Positions 17,411 through 26,501 of a stretch of DNA of 64,000 nucleotides are shown here, piece after piece. Made by a program: the position numbers and the translations under genes. Each line of letters begins with the position of its first letter. Positions within the stretch are counted from its first letter, which is position 1. The stretch is from Chloroflexota bacterium (GTDB taxonomy: Bacteria > Chloroflexota > Anaerolineae > Aggregatilineales > Phototrophicaceae): the NCBI GenBank assembly GCA_038522085.1, contig JBCBKJ010000008.1, positions 23,371 to 87,370 of the forward strand, given 5' to 3'. The notes below the pieces were generated by a model. It saw nothing but the letters and a program-made list of their open reading frames with translations, ran no database searches and was not told the DNA's origin.

Positions 17411-19576
17411 TTAGTTTTCGTACATGCGATAGTTATAGGTGAGATTACCACCAGCCGTTGCGCTAACAATCTCTAGCACACCTAATTTTTGCCCATCGTC
17501 GGTGCGAATGCCAATTAACATCCCAGCCGTGATATTTGGAATGCCAACATTTTGTAGATTCGCGTTGAAAATAGCATCACGATGTACATTGGTAAACACA
17601 TTGAAATTCGTCAGTTGTACGAGTTCAGTTGCCCCAAGAGGCACTAAACCGCCCCCGCCCCACTGAATATCATTTGTGCCACCATCCAGTGTTGCTACAC
17701 CCGTTTCGTTGAGTGTCGTTGCGCCTGTTGCGGGTGCAGTCGTCAGTAGAGGGTCATCTGCTACATAGTTAAAGATGAATGACGAGTTATTGGCTTCTCC
17801 TGCTGTGCCTTCTGCCACTTGGTTATTGAGGTCAGCGATGATAGACACCCGTTGTAAGCCTGTATCACCTGAGAGTGTACCCGTAAGCGTTATGGTAGTT
17901 GATGTACCCGCATTCAAGCCTGTTAGGTTCTGCGCGGAGAAAATTTCACCAGGTTCAAACGAGGCGGCAACCGCAAAGGGACCCGCATTCACACTGCCTT
18001 GATTATTAACCGTGACCGTTACTGTAAAGGGCGTGCCGATAATAACACGCTGAGGCGTTGCGGCTGTGATGACAATATCAGCCACAGGGGGCGCTGTCGG
18101 TGTTGGTGTAACAGGCAACGGTGTTGAAGTTGGTGGTGGTGTTGGCGTTGGCGGTGCAGCGATGACTGGTATCGTATTTTCGTCACCAAATAAGTCGAGA
18201 ATACCTCTCGAAAGCCACCCTTGCGTGCCTCTAAAATTGATAACAACCCATGTTAAATCAATATTCGCGCCAATGACCTCTGCAGAATCACCCTCCTGCA
18301 ATTGACCAAGAATATCATAATTCAAGCCAGGACCTGTACGCACATTTTGTACAGGGCGATTGATGACGATAAAGACACCATCAGGTGTTGCGGTAGCTGT
18401 TGGCATGAGGGGCGTTGCTGTCACATCTACGAAAATGGGTTCATTGAGTTCGACAGGGTTTGCACCATCGTAACGGGCAACCGCGACAGGTGCGCCAAAT
18501 TCACCTAATTGCGTCACGACTGTTTGCGCACTAAATTCGCCGCGTGCCAAGGTCGCAGGTGTCAAATCACCTTGTACCCCTTCGTAGCTTTGTATTGCTA
18601 GCAGATTGTTCTGTAGGCTACCTGCTTGTCCAATAGCTTCGCGCAGTAGGTAGATACCATCATATGCGGCTGCATCCAGCGATGTGGGAACTTCACCATA
18701 GGCACTAAGATAAGCATAAGTGAAAGCGAGGCTATTAGGTTCACCATAGGTATAAGACCATGTATTCGCGCCAATAACGCCTTCTAACAAGCTCTCTTGC
18801 ACATTATCACGGAATCCCTCTTCACGCGCCTGGTTGTAGACAAAACGTCCACCCCAATCATCTTCGCGCAAAAGCGTATATAGGTCAGCCACTTGTTCAG
18901 GTGGTCCATATGTCACGACGTATTCTGTCTGTGCGCCAGCAATTTCGAGTGCAATATCTTCAAGTGTGATTTCATCAGAGAGAAGGTACTCGTTGGAGGG
19001 TGTCAGACCGAGATTCGTAGCAGCGCGACGGAAGCTAATCACGCCAACGGTACTCGCAAGGTCAAGTTGAACGGTTGCCGTTGTGCTGGCGTTTAACTCG
19101 TTGACCAAGTAATCTGCTAATGCCCGTCCTATGAGTGCCTCTTGTGAGCGCAAACGCATGATGAGGTCGGTTGCATCGTTAGCGAGAATCGTATCGTCGG
19201 TTGCTGTGGTCAAAATCGGTACACCCAGTTGGGTGAGTGCATCGCGGTTGCCAAGCACAGTTTCTGAGTCGGCTGGACCAATCACAGCAATGACACTCGC
19301 CGCTTCGATATTCGCAAGTGCGAAGTCCATATCTTCTGGTGATTGGACAACGAGTTGTAGCTGAAATGTCGTCCCATCTGCACCGACAACACCGCCGGAA
19401 TCGTTTATCTCTTGTACAGCAAGTTGTGCGCCGCGTGTCAAAGCGCCATCTACTTCATCTAGAACACCAATTCTGAACACAGGCAAGACTTGTGCCGTCG
19501 TGACGTTGAGCGTGATAATCGCTGTTGTAAGCGCAATCATCACCAAGAAAAGTTTACGCCAATGTGTGCGTACCAT
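17411..19576 (-). CDS. Large secreted protein: type-I periplasmic (Leu/Ile/Val-type) solute-binding domain + SH3b domain + Pro/Thr linker + C-terminal Ig-like/CARDB-like beta domain
   Basis: 721 aa. Signal peptide MVRTHWRKLFLVMIALTTAIITLNVTTAQ. N-terminal half resembles branched-chain amino-acid ABC substrate-binding proteins (FRIGVLDEVDGALTRGAQLAVQEINDSGGV). SH3b-like segment (FIVINRPVQNVRTGPGLNYDILGQLQEGDSAEVIG...WVVINF). PPTPTPPPTSTPLPVTPTPT linker. Confidence 0.7.
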   Translation of the reverse strand: MVRTHWRKLFLVMIALTTAIITLNVTTAQVLPVFRIGVLDEVDGALTRGAQLAVQEINDSGGVVGADGTTFQLQLVVQSPEDMDFALANIEAASVIAVIGPADSETVLGNRDALTQLGVPILTTATDDTILANDATDLIMRLRSQEALIGRALADYLVNELNASTTATVQLDLASTVGVISFRRAATNLGLTPSNEYLLSDEITLEDIALEIAGAQTEYVVTYGPPEQVADLYTLLREDDWGGRFVYNQAREEGFRDNVQESLLEGVIGANTWSYTYGEPNSLAFTYAYLSAYGEVPTSLDAAAYDGIYLLREAIGQAGSLQNNLLAIQSYEGVQGDLTPATLARGEFSAQTVVTQLGEFGAPVAVARYDGANPVELNEPIFVDVTATPLMPTATATPDGVFIVINRPVQNVRTGPGLNYDILGQLQEGDSAEVIGANIDLTWVVINFRGTQGWLSRGILDLFGDENTIPVIAAPPTPTPPPTSTPLPVTPTPTAPPVADIVITAATPQRVIIGTPFTVTVTVNNQGSVNAGPFAVAASFEPGEIFSAQNLTGLNAGTSTTITLTGTLSGDTGLQRVSIIADLNNQVAEGTAGEANNSSFIFNYVADDPLLTTAPATGATTLNETGVATLDGGTNDIQWGGGGLVPLGATELVQLTNFNVFTNVHRDAIFNANLQNVGIPNITAGMLIGIRTDDGQKLGVLEIVSATAGGNLTYNYRMYEN

Positions 19577-19763
19577 CGTGTATCACCCCTATCTACAATA
19601 ATGAGTATTGCAATAAGTATAACACTTTCGCGTGCAAACAGGCACAACGCCTACCCAACGATAGTCATCATTAGCGCATATGGCTTGATTTTCGATGCGT
19701 CCCTGACTATACTCAGTAACCACAATCTTCCATGCTCACATCTCTGTAGGACAATATTATTGT
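19577..19763. promoter_or_regulatory. Divergent intergenic promoter region
   Basis: 187-bp AT-richer gap between the divergently transcribed 17411..19576 (-) and 19764..20624 (+) genes; no specific motif identified. Confidence 0.3.
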
Positions 19764-20624
19764 ATGATGCAACGCGAGCGGGTAACCGAGGATATTTTAG
19801 TATTTACTAGTGATTTATATGTACAAGTTACAGCTAGTGTCGTTATTACAAGTGAGGGTGTCGTTGTTATAGATAGTCTGCTCTATCCAGAGGAGACACA
19901 GCAAATGATACAATTCATCACCGAGCGCGTGAAACAACCTGTGCGTTATGTGATTAATACCCATCATCATGCTGACCACACAACCGGCACGTCTTTATTC
20001 AAAGCTGAACATGTCATCGCACACAAACATTGCCGTGATATTTTAGATTCACGCGGGCGCGAGAGCCTGTTACGGCTACAAGAAAGTTCGCCTGATATGG
20101 CGGATTTAGAGTTGGTATTGCCTGACATCGTATTTGAAGACTATATGTCATTCAAATTAGGCGAAAAGACATTCCACTTAGAGCATTCGCCTGGACACAG
20201 CGATGATTCCATCACAGTATGGCTGGAAGAGGATAATGTTCTCTTTGCAGCAGATACGGTGATGTCTTTACCATATTTTGTAGATGGCAATTTTGAGGCG
20301 TTTCTGGAATCACTCGGACGTTTACAAGATAGGCATTTTGAGAGCATTATTCAGGGACATGGCGAGGTAATCTTGCGTGGTGAAGTGCAAAAGAAGATAG
20401 CGAGCGATATTTCTTATCTAGAGAAATTACGAATTGCTGTCGATAAAGCACTTGCATCGTCTAATGACCCTGAAAAAGTCAAGAAAGCACTTGGCTCTAT
20501 CAAAGTGGGTGCATGTGGAAAAAGCCATATTTTGCTCAATGGTGACGTGACGACCCTACATCATTATAACGTGCTGGCGTTGGGCGATGAGCGCAGTCAA
20601 CACATGTTGATGCCCACAAAATAG
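19764..20624 (+). CDS. MBL-fold metallo-hydrolase
   Basis: HxHxDH motif (INTHHHADHTTG) plus downstream His/Asp ligands (HSPGHSDDS, QGHGEV). Confidence 0.8.
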   Translation: MMQRERVTEDILVFTSDLYVQVTASVVITSEGVVVIDSLLYPEETQQMIQFITERVKQPVRYVINTHHHADHTTGTSLFKAEHVIAHKHCRDILDSRGRESLLRLQESSPDMADLELVLPDIVFEDYMSFKLGEKTFHLEHSPGHSDDSITVWLEEDNVLFAADTVMSLPYFVDGNFEAFLESLGRLQDRHFESIIQGHGEVILRGEVQKKIASDISYLEKLRIAVDKALASSNDPEKVKKALGSIKVGACGKSHILLNGDVTTLHHYNVLALGDERSQHMLMPTK

Positions 20625-20664
20625 TTCGTCAATTAAGTAGACAGTAGTTAGAAGGAAAATCAAG

Positions 20665-21144
20665 ATGGCAGAAGATGTAACTTATTTAACCCCTGAGGGT
20701 AAAGAAGAACTCGAACAAAAGCTGAAGTTACTTCAGGAGGTAGAGCGCCCTGCCCTCGCCCAGAAATTGAAAGATGCTGTTGCGATGGGTGATCTGAAAG
20801 AGAACGCAGATTACCATGATACACGCGAAAAAATGAGCAAGATGGACGGTGACATTGACCGCTATCAGTACATTTTGCGCCATGCACAAATCATCGAAAA
20901 CACAGGCAACAGCGATGCAGTGCATATTGGCTCGACAGTCACGATTCTAATGAAAGAAGATGGCTTCGACGCAGAGGAAGAAGTCTATACCATCGTCGGC
21001 GCGGCAGAAGCGAACCCGCGTGAAGGCAAAATCTCGCAGAGAAGCCCAATTGGTGAAGCCTTGCTTAATCGTCGTGTTGGGGATAAAGTAAAAGTAAAAA
21101 CCCCTGATGGCAAAATCAAAATTGAGATTCTCAACATCGAGTGA
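20665..21144 (+). CDS. greA: Transcription elongation factor GreA
   Basis: 159 aa. N-terminal coiled-coil (TPEGKEELEQKLKLL...), acidic tip residues (DLKENADYHD) and C-terminal FKBP-like domain (VKVKTPDGKIKIEIL). GAAGGA RBS upstream. Confidence 0.9.
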   Translation: MAEDVTYLTPEGKEELEQKLKLLQEVERPALAQKLKDAVAMGDLKENADYHDTREKMSKMDGDIDRYQYILRHAQIIENTGNSDAVHIGSTVTILMKEDGFDAEEEVYTIVGAAEANPREGKISQRSPIGEALLNRRVGDKVKVKTPDGKIKIEILNIE

Positions 21145-21170
21145 GCTATCTCACATATAATCACTAACAA

Positions 21171-21202
21171 AAACGCCCTGCTTATCAACAAGGCGTTTTT
21201 TA
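21171..21202. terminator. Bidirectional rho-independent terminator between greA and the convergent gene
   Basis: aacgccctg-cttatcaa-caaggcgtt hairpin flanked by an A-tract 5' and TTTTTT 3'. Confidence 0.6.
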
Positions 21203-21221
21203 TTCCTACAGTCAAAGCGAT

Positions 21222-22865
21222 TTAGCGCCCACCGAGCGGGGTGAAATCACCTGTTCCGCCAAATGGGTCGTCATCATCGTCATCATCTGGCATGAGCGGT
21301 GGGGGTTGTAGGGGTTGCATCGTGCCAAATTGCCCACTACCACTGGATGGTAGTGGCGGTGGCGCACTGAAATTACCCTGTCCCATACCGGATGAACCCG
21401 ATGGTGGCGCAGGCGGTGGGTCAAACTGAATACCATCATACGTAGACATGTCTGGTAAGCCACTGCTACCCGTGGTCGCACCCGATGGTGGCGCAGGCGG
21501 TGGGTCAAACTGAATGTCATCATATACCGACATATCCGGCGCACCCGATGGTGCTGGTGACGGTGCTGGCATAGTTGGGACGGGTGCTGGCGCAGATGGC
21601 ATAGGTGGTGTACTACCTGCCGTTGCCTCATCTTTGTTCCATGCACGCATCTGTAAGTTAAACTTATCAAAGTTGCCACTAGCATCAAAATTCACACTGG
21701 CGAATTTTGCTTGCAAGCGGAGTTTGTCGGTATCAATCGTCAGTGATTTACTAGGTTCAGCAACAATAATGTCGGTTGCAGGATTATCCACATCAGCTTC
21801 AATGCGACTGCGCACGGATGGGTCACTGTTTGCTGATGGTGTCACGAATACTTTAGCGATATTGCGTGAGCTGAACATATCAAACAGCCAGATTTCGATT
21901 GCCGATGGTGTCGGGTCAACCGCTTCTGCAATAACTGCCCCACTTTGCCCCAAGAAATCACCTGCTTCAGTTTCGATTTCATAGGATTCATCGAAGCTAC
22001 GTCCCGTTTGGAAGATAGCGAGTTGAGTCATAATCGGCTCGCCTAAGTCGGAATCGCTGGCTTGTGCCGCGAGTTCTTCACGCAGACGGCGTTGTTCTTG
22101 CTGAATCTTGAGTTCGTCGCGGGCTTTTTGTGCGCGGGCGGCTTCTTCGGGGTCTGTCGCCTCACGAATGCGCTGTAGAATAGGCGCAACGATGTTGTCA
22201 TATATCAAGAAGCGCCACAATAGAATAAGTACCACAGTGATAACAACCACTAAAATAAGTGGCAAGATGACGACATTCAGCAAATTAATCAAAATACTTG
22301 GGCGAGTAATTTCTTGCGCTGTGCCTTCTGCCGTGTCGATGTCAGCTGGGAGCTTAGTGAGCAGTGTTTGTAGTGCTTGCTGGTCAGAGGGATTAAGTTC
22401 ACCACTGGCAATAAGCGCCTCTATCTGTGCGCGAGGATTCGGAATCGCCTGCGCAAGCGCAATTGCCGTTTCATCACCATAAACACTACCAGAATTGGAT
22501 GCTACTGCGACCATCTGTAACCACTGATTTTGTGCGCCTTCGTTGAGGCGATTCGGGTTGGCATCTACAAAAACGATAGAAGCTGCCGTGTATGCCCATA
22601 TCAGACCGAAGAACATACCGATGATTGCCATCGTGTAGACGACACCTTCCGGCATACGTGGTTTGAGAACAATTTTATAAAGCCCATTGTAGTTATCTAT
22701 GATGGTTTGTCGAATACCGTCTATAAACCCACCACCACCATCATCTTGCTTCTTTTGTTCCTGCGCGGGAGGTGCCGGCACAGCTTGTCCGCTCTGATCG
22801 GGAGGCGTATTTTGACCGGGCATTTGCATGAGCGTAAAAGCCTTTCCTTGAAAAATGAATAACAC
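21222..22865 (-). CDS. Proline-rich membrane protein of unknown function (two TM segments, coiled-coil region, C-terminal PPPAPPSG repeats and poly-Asp tail)
   Basis: 547 aa. TM segments (MAIIGMFFGLIWAYTAASIVFV and ILPLILVVVITVVLILLWRFLIY). QQEQRRLREELAAQ charged helix. C-terminal 28-aa tandem repeat PDMS(V/T)YD(D/G)IQFDPPPAPPSG, then DDDDDDD. The true start may be at MQMPGQ. Confidence 0.6.
   Translation of the reverse strand: MLFIFQGKAFTLMQMPGQNTPPDQSGQAVPAPPAQEQKKQDDGGGGFIDGIRQTIIDNYNGLYKIVLKPRMPEGVVYTMAIIGMFFGLIWAYTAASIVFVDANPNRLNEGAQNQWLQMVAVASNSGSVYGDETAIALAQAIPNPRAQIEALIASGELNPSDQQALQTLLTKLPADIDTAEGTAQEITRPSILINLLNVVILPLILVVVITVVLILLWRFLIYDNIVAPILQRIREATDPEEAARAQKARDELKIQQEQRRLREELAAQASDSDLGEPIMTQLAIFQTGRSFDESYEIETEAGDFLGQSGAVIAEAVDPTPSAIEIWLFDMFSSRNIAKVFVTPSANSDPSVRSRIEADVDNPATDIIVAEPSKSLTIDTDKLRLQAKFASVNFDASGNFDKFNLQMRAWNKDEATAGSTPPMPSAPAPVPTMPAPSPAPSGAPDMSVYDDIQFDPPPAPPSGATTGSSGLPDMSTYDGIQFDPPPAPPSGSSGMGQGNFSAPPPLPSSGSGQFGTMQPLQPPPLMPDDDDDDDPFGGTGDFTPLGGR
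21386..21560. repeat. 84-bp in-frame tandem repeat, about 2.3 copies
   Basis: acccgatggtggcgcaggcggtgggtcaaactgaat occurs at 21386-21421 and again at 21470-21505, with a degenerate third copy from ~21531. It encodes the repeated PDMSxYDxIQFDPPPAPPSG segment on the minus strand. Confidence 0.75.
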
Positions 22866-22964
22866 ACAACACTTGTTAACAGGTGTGTGAGACTGTAAGC
22901 AATTTATACACTAGGAGTATATATCCACACGGGTCTTATCGCAAAGGATTGTATCTTAATGAAA

Positions 22965-22995
22965 GCTAAAATAGGGTGCTTTGATAGCACCCTAT
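22965..22995 (-). terminator. Rho-independent terminator downstream of topA
   Basis: atagggtgct-ttgat-agcaccctat, a perfect 10-bp stem, followed on the minus strand by a TTTT tract. Confidence 0.6.
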
Positions 22996-23005
22996 GAGGA
23001 AAGTA

Positions 23006-25354
23006 CTAGCTAGTTTTAGTGAGGACTTCATTTTCTTCTTCGTCTTCGCCCTCAGTATCGCCATCATCTGAAGCATTCGGATTCTTTGGTAGCTTCCACG
23101 TAGAATATTCACACTCTGGATAGCGTGAGCATCCATAGAAAGTGCGCCCACGACGGGTTTTCTTGACGACGAGTTCGCCTTCGTGTTCTTCACCACAATC
23201 TGGGCATGTCATACCAACATATTCGACATATTGCTCGGTATGGCGACATTCTGGGTAATTCTCACAGCCAATGAATTTGCCATAGCGTCCATAACGGATG
23301 ACGAGTTCACCTTCGTTACAGGTGGTGCAAATACGCCCAATCTTCTCTTCTTGCTTGACCGTTGGCATATTGGCACGGGCATTTTCAAGACGGTTCTCGA
23401 AGGGTGTGTAGAAACTGCGCAACATCGGACGCCATTCACCATCACTTTCGGCGATGTCGTCTAGCTCACCTTCCATCTTAGCAGTAAATTCGTATTGCAT
23501 TTCGTCAGAGAAATACTCCACGAGCAATTCACTGACAATTTTACCTACATCAGTTGGCACAAGGCGTTTTGCCTCTTTGTTCACATAATCGCGGTCTTGA
23601 ATGACTGCGACAGTGGGCGCGTAGGTACTCGGACGCCCAATACCGTATTCTTCCAGCGCCTTGACCAAACTCGCTTCGGTGTAACGCGGTGGTGGTTGCG
23701 TGAAATGCTGTTGAGGGAGCAGTTTTAGTAAGCGCAATAATTCGCCATCTTCCATAATGGGGAACATACGCCCTTCATCACTCTCAGTAGTATCATCTTC
23801 GTCTTTGCTATCTTCATAGACAGCCAAGAAACCCATGAAGTTGATACGGCTACCAGATGAACGGAACAGATATGGCATGTTGTCGTCATTCAGACCCGCA
23901 TCAATTTCAACGCGGATGGTATCGTAAATGGCATTGCTCATCTGGCTGGCGACAAAGCGCAACCAAATTAGTTCATAAAGACGATAATCGTCACGTTTTA
24001 GCACGCCTTTGAGTGAATCCGGTGTGCGCATCACTTTTGTTGGACGAATTGCCTCATGCGCTTCTTGTGCGCCTTTGGATTTCGTCTTATAGGTCGGTGC
24101 TTTCTTCGGCATAAATTCATCGCCGTAGGTTTTGCCAATGTAATCACGCGCTTCCTGTTGCGCGGCTGGGCTGATGTTCAAGCTATCAGTACGCATATAC
24201 GTAATCAGACCCGATGTTTCACCACTAGGCAATTGCACACCTTCGTACAATTTCTGCGCGGCACGCATAGTACGACGCGCATTGAAGCCTAAACGACGCG
24301 ATGCCTCTTGTTGTAGCGAACTCGTTGTAAACGGTGCAGATGGTTTACGACGCCGTTTGCCTCGCTTGATACTGCTGATTTTGTAGATGCTCTGTTCAAG
24401 TGTCTGAACATGGGGCGTCATTTCTTCTTCGCTGCCAATTTCAAAGTTCTCGCCCTCAATTTTGGCAAGTTTCGCGGTGAATGTCTGCATATCCGCGCCG
24501 TTTTCCGGTTGCTTGCTCAGTTCTGCTTCCAATGACCAATATTCAACTGGATTGAACGCCTCAATTTCACGTTCGCGGTCAACAACCATGCGTAGCGCGA
24601 TACTCTGGACACGTCCCGCCGACAAGCGATTGCGTACCTTGTCCCAAAGCAATTCGGTGATGTTATAGCCCACTAATCTATCGAGAATACGGCGTGCTTG
24701 TTGGGCATTAACAAGGCTCATGTCAATTTCACGCGGGTGATTGAACGCCTCTTTAACCGCATCCTTGGTAATTTCGTGGAAGACAACGCGCTTCGCATCA
24801 TCGTCAATATCGGCGGCTGCCATCAAATGCCACGCAATCGCCTCACCTTCGCGGTCAGGGTCAGTTGCGAGATACACTTCATCAGCATCTTCGACAGCGG
24901 CTTTAATCTCTTTGACGACATCACGCTTTTTATTCGGTACACGATATTTTGGCTCAAAGTCATTTTCGACATCAACAGACAATTGCGTCACGAGTAAATC
25001 GCGCACATGCCCTTTAGATGCCATAACAGTGTATCCCTTGCCAAGATACGTGCCGATACTCTTTGCCTTTGCTGGCGATTCGACAATCACGAGCTTGCCA
25101 ACATTGCGTTTACGGCGTTTCGATTTTTTCTTTTTAGATTTGCTCTTCTTACGTTTCGGTGACGCAACCACTTTCGGTTTTGGCACATCAGCATGGGCAT
25201 CAGTTTCACCCATGCGGAACATACCCGTCCCGCAAACAGGACATTCGCCGCGTGTGCCAGGGGTGCCTGTTTTGGTGTAGGTTGCTTCGGGATTTGACAT
25301 CTCCCGTTTATCTTTGCACTTTACGCAATAGGCTTGCACAGTGCTGTCACTCAT
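23006..25354 (-). CDS. topA: DNA topoisomerase I with an unusual N-terminal zinc-ribbon + Lys/Arg-rich extension and two C-terminal C4 zinc ribbons
   Basis: TOPRIM VIVESPAKAK, active-site region GLITYMRTDS (Tyr), C-terminal CTTCNEG...CENYPEC and CPDCGEE...CSRYPEC. The first ~95 aa (CVKCKD...CPVCGTG then KRKKSKSKKKKSKRRKR) precede the TOPRIM domain. Confidence 0.95.
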   Translation of the reverse strand: MSDSTVQAYCVKCKDKREMSNPEATYTKTGTPGTRGECPVCGTGMFRMGETDAHADVPKPKVVASPKRKKSKSKKKKSKRRKRNVGKLVIVESPAKAKSIGTYLGKGYTVMASKGHVRDLLVTQLSVDVENDFEPKYRVPNKKRDVVKEIKAAVEDADEVYLATDPDREGEAIAWHLMAAADIDDDAKRVVFHEITKDAVKEAFNHPREIDMSLVNAQQARRILDRLVGYNITELLWDKVRNRLSAGRVQSIALRMVVDREREIEAFNPVEYWSLEAELSKQPENGADMQTFTAKLAKIEGENFEIGSEEEMTPHVQTLEQSIYKISSIKRGKRRRKPSAPFTTSSLQQEASRRLGFNARRTMRAAQKLYEGVQLPSGETSGLITYMRTDSLNISPAAQQEARDYIGKTYGDEFMPKKAPTYKTKSKGAQEAHEAIRPTKVMRTPDSLKGVLKRDDYRLYELIWLRFVASQMSNAIYDTIRVEIDAGLNDDNMPYLFRSSGSRINFMGFLAVYEDSKDEDDTTESDEGRMFPIMEDGELLRLLKLLPQQHFTQPPPRYTEASLVKALEEYGIGRPSTYAPTVAVIQDRDYVNKEAKRLVPTDVGKIVSELLVEYFSDEMQYEFTAKMEGELDDIAESDGEWRPMLRSFYTPFENRLENARANMPTVKQEEKIGRICTTCNEGELVIRYGRYGKFIGCENYPECRHTEQYVEYVGMTCPDCGEEHEGELVVKKTRRGRTFYGCSRYPECEYSTWKLPKNPNASDDGDTEGEDEEENEVLTKTS

Positions 25355-25390
25355 GCTTGCTCCTCAAATAATGATGGACTGCAGTTCGGA

Positions 25391-26482
25391 CTACAGGTAG
25401 TCTTTCATTTCATTTTCGCGCAGGTAATTCACAATTTGCTTGACATCTTGGGCGCGGTCTTTATGACAAATCATCAAGACATCATCTGTTTCTACCACTA
25501 TGATGTTATCGACACCGATTGCCACTGTCAATTTGTCAGAGTAGAGCAAAGCGTCTTCAGCATCAAGGATAATACGTTTGTCATCACCATTTTTGCCACA
25601 ATTTCCGAAGCGGTCTTGGTCAAGAATATCATATAGTGATGCCCATGTACCGACATCACTCCAGCCAATATCGACAGGGATGACGACCATGTTGCGTGCG
25701 CCTTCCATAATCGCATAATCAATCGACACGCGGGGCATCGCTTCCCAAATTTCGCCTAGCGTCGCCTCAAAACTAGGAGTATCGACAGACGGTTGTAAGC
25801 GTTGCAACAGCGTGTACATATCAGGACGTTGGCGTTCAAATTCACTCATGGCAGTGGATACTTGCCAGATGAACATACCACTATTCCAACTGTAACGCCC
25901 GGATGCGACAAATTGGGTGGCTCTTACAAGATTAGGCTTTTCTGTGAATCTTTCAGACTTGGCAAAATCAAAGCCATTGGCAGTGCCGATGATGTCGCCT
26001 TGTTCAATATAACCGAAACCTGTTGATGGAAATGCAGGAGAGATACCAAGCGTTACAATGCGTTGCTCTTGTGCAAGCTCGTATGCTGCTTCTAAGACAT
26101 CTCGAAAAACATCAATCTTACTAATATGATGGTCTGCCGTAAGCATTGCCACCGTTGCATCGGGAATACGTTTCTGAATAATCGTCAGCGCCAAACCAAC
26201 TGCGGCGGCGTTATTGCGTGCCGATGGTTCAGTGATGAAATTCTCTGCTGGTACTTGCGGACACTCTTGTTGCAAGTCTTCTGCATAATCAGCCGTCGTC
26301 GCTACATAAACCCTTTCCGGCGGGAAAAGTGGCATCAGACGTTCAACACTCACTTTAAACATAGAGTGGTTTGTCACTAATGGCAACATCTGTTTGGGTT
26401 TTTCTTTGCGACTGAGAGGCCAGAGGCGCGTCCCACCGCCACCAGCAAGAATCAGCGCAACATAATTTTCCATCTTTTGCAT
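25391..26482 (-). CDS. manC: Mannose-1-phosphate guanylyltransferase (GDP-mannose pyrophosphorylase)
   Basis: N-terminal nucleotidyltransferase motif ALILAGGGGTRLWPLSRKEKPKQ. 363 aa, typical of ManC/CpsB without a PMI domain. Confidence 0.85.
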   Translation of the reverse strand: MQKMENYVALILAGGGGTRLWPLSRKEKPKQMLPLVTNHSMFKVSVERLMPLFPPERVYVATTADYAEDLQQECPQVPAENFITEPSARNNAAAVGLALTIIQKRIPDATVAMLTADHHISKIDVFRDVLEAAYELAQEQRIVTLGISPAFPSTGFGYIEQGDIIGTANGFDFAKSERFTEKPNLVRATQFVASGRYSWNSGMFIWQVSTAMSEFERQRPDMYTLLQRLQPSVDTPSFEATLGEIWEAMPRVSIDYAIMEGARNMVVIPVDIGWSDVGTWASLYDILDQDRFGNCGKNGDDKRIILDAEDALLYSDKLTVAIGVDNIIVVETDDVLMICHKDRAQDVKQIVNYLRENEMKDYL

Positions 26483-26501
26483 TCACTCCCTCATTCTCGG
26501 A

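Noticed and set aside
21514-22482. 156-aa and 124-aa plus-strand ORFs inside the Pro-rich membrane protein gene
   Set aside because: Both are Ser/Ala/Gly low-complexity frames overlapping the tandem repeat, with no start signals. The minus-strand ORF is continuous over 547 codons with TM helices, so it is preferred.
24741-25280. 179-aa plus-strand ORF and other antisense ORFs inside topA
   Set aside because: Antisense to an unmistakable topoisomerase I gene.
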